This document shows positions 63,430-64,000 of a stretch of 64,000 nt of DNA, piece by piece. The stretch lies in the NCBI GenBank assembly GCA_002269645.1, contig NIVC01001165.1, positions 1 to 64,000 of the forward strand. The letters run 5' to 3'. A model generated the notes under the pieces. That model saw nothing but the letters and a program-made list of their open reading frames with translations, was not told the origin of the DNA and searched no databases. Each line of letters opens with the position of its first letter. The first letter of the stretch is position 1. The stretch is from Macrostomum lignano. Its lineage: Eukaryota. Position numbers and translations under genes: made by a program.

Positions 63430-64000
63430 TGGGGAGAAAAACTGAGACGTTAAGGCTCTCAGAGAATAACTGAGATTACGGGGGGGGGGTTGCTGAGATG
63501 TCAAAGCAAAAGTCAGAAGCTACTTCAAAGTTCATGTACTTTACTCAATTTTTTTATTACATTCTTTGTTGGCTCGCCACGGGGGGGGGTCGCTGATAGA
63601 AGAAGAGTCATGTAAAAAATAAAAGTAGCACTATGTATACATAAAAGAAAAGTCATGTCGAAGTTAAAAGATTCATTTGGGAATTGCTATGATGTCAAAG
63701 CTTGGAGGGAATCGTTACAGTGCTGTGATTCTTAAAGAAGGAATCACTAAAATGTCAAGGCTTAGGGGAGAAGAATTGCTGAGATTCAAGGCTTTAGGTT
63801 GGGTTAAAGTTAGGTTTAGGTCAGGTGTGGGTTGAGGGTTATATTTTATCGGGTTTCAAGGTTAACGGGGGATTTTTCAGATTTCAAGGTTTATGGAGGC
63901 CATCGCTGACATGTCAAGGCTTACGGGGGGAATAGCTGAGATGTCAAGGCTCACGGGGGTATAAATGAGATTTCAAAGCTAAAGTCAGAAGCTACATGTA
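63430..64000 (+). repeat. Degenerate ~30-bp repeat after the H2 satellite
   Basis: Recurring GGGGGAATAGCTGAGATGTCAAGGCTTAC-like units. Confidence 0.6.

Larger units (their letters stand above)
59281..64000 (+). mobile_element. Non-autonomous Helitron H2 (head-to-tail with H1; runs off the window)
   Basis: Starts TCCAATATACTAAAAATG immediately after H1's CTAG; about 400 bp (59330-59710) are homologous to H1's 56215-56585. Confidence 0.83.

Overview
Eukaryotic (metazoan) genomic DNA, rich in repeats. GC-rich exons sit among microsatellite/minisatellite-filled introns; the style suggests a free-living flatworm such as Macrostomum, but that is only a guess. No prokaryotic features or CRISPR arrays were found. 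Host genes: a 4-exon p38/JNK-like MAP kinase on the minus strand whose spliced activation loop reads T-D-Y; a >=14-exon integrin alpha without an I-domain on the plus strand (first exon not found); an intronless type II membrane GT-A glycosyltransferase-like gene; and an intronless TMEM272-like 4-TM gene. Mobile DNA: (1) a full-length ~10 kb Ty3/Gypsy element (240-10293, minus) with ~1.05 kb LTRs, a 4-bp TSD, a tRNA-Leu-like PBS, a GGGAAAC -1 frameshift, a repeat-containing insert between RNase H and integrase, and an extra non-env ORF3; (2) a hAT-type MITE enclosing a 5'-truncated Mag-like Gypsy element inside the kinase's last intron; (3) a Penelope-like fragment with a hammerhead-like motif; (4) tRNA-derived SINEs, one CORE-like; (5) MITEs and a LINE remnant; (6) two head-to-tail non-autonomous Helitrons, each carrying a diverged 23-bp satellite. 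All calls come from reading the sequence by eye plus the ORF track; no database searches were run.
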